Shown here piece by piece: positions 45,695-46,648 of a DNA stretch of 46,648 bases (position 1 is the first letter of the stretch; the number at the start of each line of letters is the position of its first letter). Under the pieces are notes generated by a model. It was given only the letters and a program-made list of their open reading frames with translations, had not been told where the DNA came from and ran no database searches. The position numbers and the translations under genes are program-made. Origin of the DNA: a virus (taxonomy: Duplodnaviria; Caudoviricetes); the IMG/VR virus record IMGVR_UViG_3300020045_005985, positions 1-46,648 of that record; one strand, 5' to 3'.

Positions 45695-46186
45695 TTAAAA
45701 TCCTTTTAGTTTTCGCAAAAGATCAGAGGTATTTCCGTATAACTCTTTTACTCTTAGGTACAGATCTTTAGGAGTTATTTTATCAAAATTTGTATCTTCC
45801 GGATACCCTAATTCTTTTGCGAAAATCCTGGCATCAAACTCAGAACAAATTAATTGTCTCCAACTATTATTAATACTTAAATTTAACAGAATGACAACAT
45901 ATTGGAAATAACCATATTTTGTCCCAAGTTTACCTTGAGCTATGGTTCGTATCTCATTTACTCGCTCAGGACTTAAATCTAGTATAAATTCTTTTATAAT
46001 TACATGGGTTTTTAACCATTCTTCTCTTTTACTAAATTTTACACCAGTAGTAAGAGATTCCCACATTTCGTCATAAAAATCTAAATAAAAAGAAGTGTGA
46101 TAGTACTGAGTACCTAAATATCTTTTAATCGCCCATGCCCAAGGAGTCCAACTCTTGGTATCTGAAAATACTATTCTTACTCTCAT
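45695..46186 (-). CDS. Permuted papain-like (NlpC/P60, YaeF/YiiX-type) amidase/peptidase
   Basis: His first (YYHTSF), then LGTKYG, catalytic ICSE and ITPKDL. Confidence 0.8.
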   Translation of the reverse strand: MRVRIVFSDTKSWTPWAWAIKRYLGTQYYHTSFYLDFYDEMWESLTTGVKFSKREEWLKTHVIIKEFILDLSPERVNEIRTIAQGKLGTKYGYFQYVVILLNLSINNSWRQLICSEFDARIFAKELGYPEDTNFDKITPKDLYLRVKELYGNTSDLLRKLKGF

Positions 46187-46222
46187 AACATAGCCTCCAT
46201 GCTATCTTAGTTATGTGTTAAA

Positions 46223-46648
46223 CTATTTCAAAACGCTGCTTAGTAGTGCCAGTAAATCTTCTTGTAGTTCTTTATAAGAAGGATACTTTGTAATATCCAT
46301 TTCAGCAATTAACTTATATGCTTCTTTAATATTACGCTCAGCAATTCTAAGCTGGATTGCTTCAAAGTCTTTCTTCATTTTATCACGTTCTTTTAAGTCA
46401 CGTTTAATTAGCACGTTATCGCCAATAATTAAATTCTGAGCAGCTACACCAATTGCGTCTACTTGCGCACCAATGTTGATTTTAGATTCTAGCTTTTTCT
46501 TTAATTCATGTTCCTTGGTAATGTCGGTAATGGTAATTTCGTATTCTGCTTTAAGCTTTACCCATGTTTCAACTATCGCAGGGTATGTTACTCCCCCTAT
46601 AGTTCTTTCTGGGTGTATCTCCTTCTCAAACTCACCAATTACCAAGGA
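46223..46648 (-). CDS. 3' part of the 193-aa junction-spanning protein (starts at 277)
   Basis: Frame is continuous across the 121-bp overlap. Confidence 0.8.
   Translation of the reverse strand, partial: SLVIGEFEKEIHPERTIGGVTYPAIVETWVKLKAEYEITITDITKEHELKKKLESKINIGAQVDAIGVAAQNLIIGDNVLIKRDLKERDKMKKDFEAIQLRIAERNIKEAYKLIAEMDITKYPSYKELQEDLLALLSSVLK
46528..46648. repeat. Terminal overlap, right copy
   Basis: Identical to 1-121. Confidence 0.95.

Larger units (their letters stand above)
1..46648. mobile_element. Complete podovirus genome (BPP-1/epsilon15-like morphogenesis module, PolB replication module), circular assembly
   Basis: Terminase, portal, capsid, tail and ejection genes in podovirus order; replication module; identical ends with an ORF running through the junction. 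Confidence 0.95.

Overview
The window is one complete, circularly assembled, AT-rich dsDNA podovirus genome of about 46,527 bp; bases 1-121 repeat at 46528-46648. The minus strand from 26065 down to 1, continuing through the junction to 45375, holds the late operon. Its order is terminase small and large subunits, a GNAT, portal, scaffold, major capsid, cement, tail adaptor and nozzle, three ejection proteins, fibres, a papain-like amidase and a holin-like gene, which is a BPP-1/epsilon15-like virion plan. The plus strand 27482-36326 holds many small early/middle genes, including a truncated beta-clamp, an HD-like protein, a Fis-type HTH and a GH108 endolysin. A divergent replication module (36323-45374) encodes Prim-Pol/AAA helicase, VRR-NUC, SF2 helicase, DUF2800 exonuclease, DUF2815 SSB and a family-B DNA polymerase. 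I saw no integrase, RNA polymerase, reverse transcriptase, tRNA or CRISPR array. The most unusual features are: (1) two fibre-like proteins in the virion operon that begin with Sec-type signal peptides, the larger one (1305 aa) resembling the mosaic adhesin fibres of predatory Bdellovibrionota (host inferred, not proven); (2) a 1.4-kb non-coding hub (26066-27480) with 30-bp-phased GATC iterons, a polarity-switching 8/10-mer satellite, an IHF site and a ~220-bp imperfect palindrome; (3) apparent genome-wide enrichment of CCAAGG/CCTTGG. All family assignments come from motif recognition by eye, without database searches.
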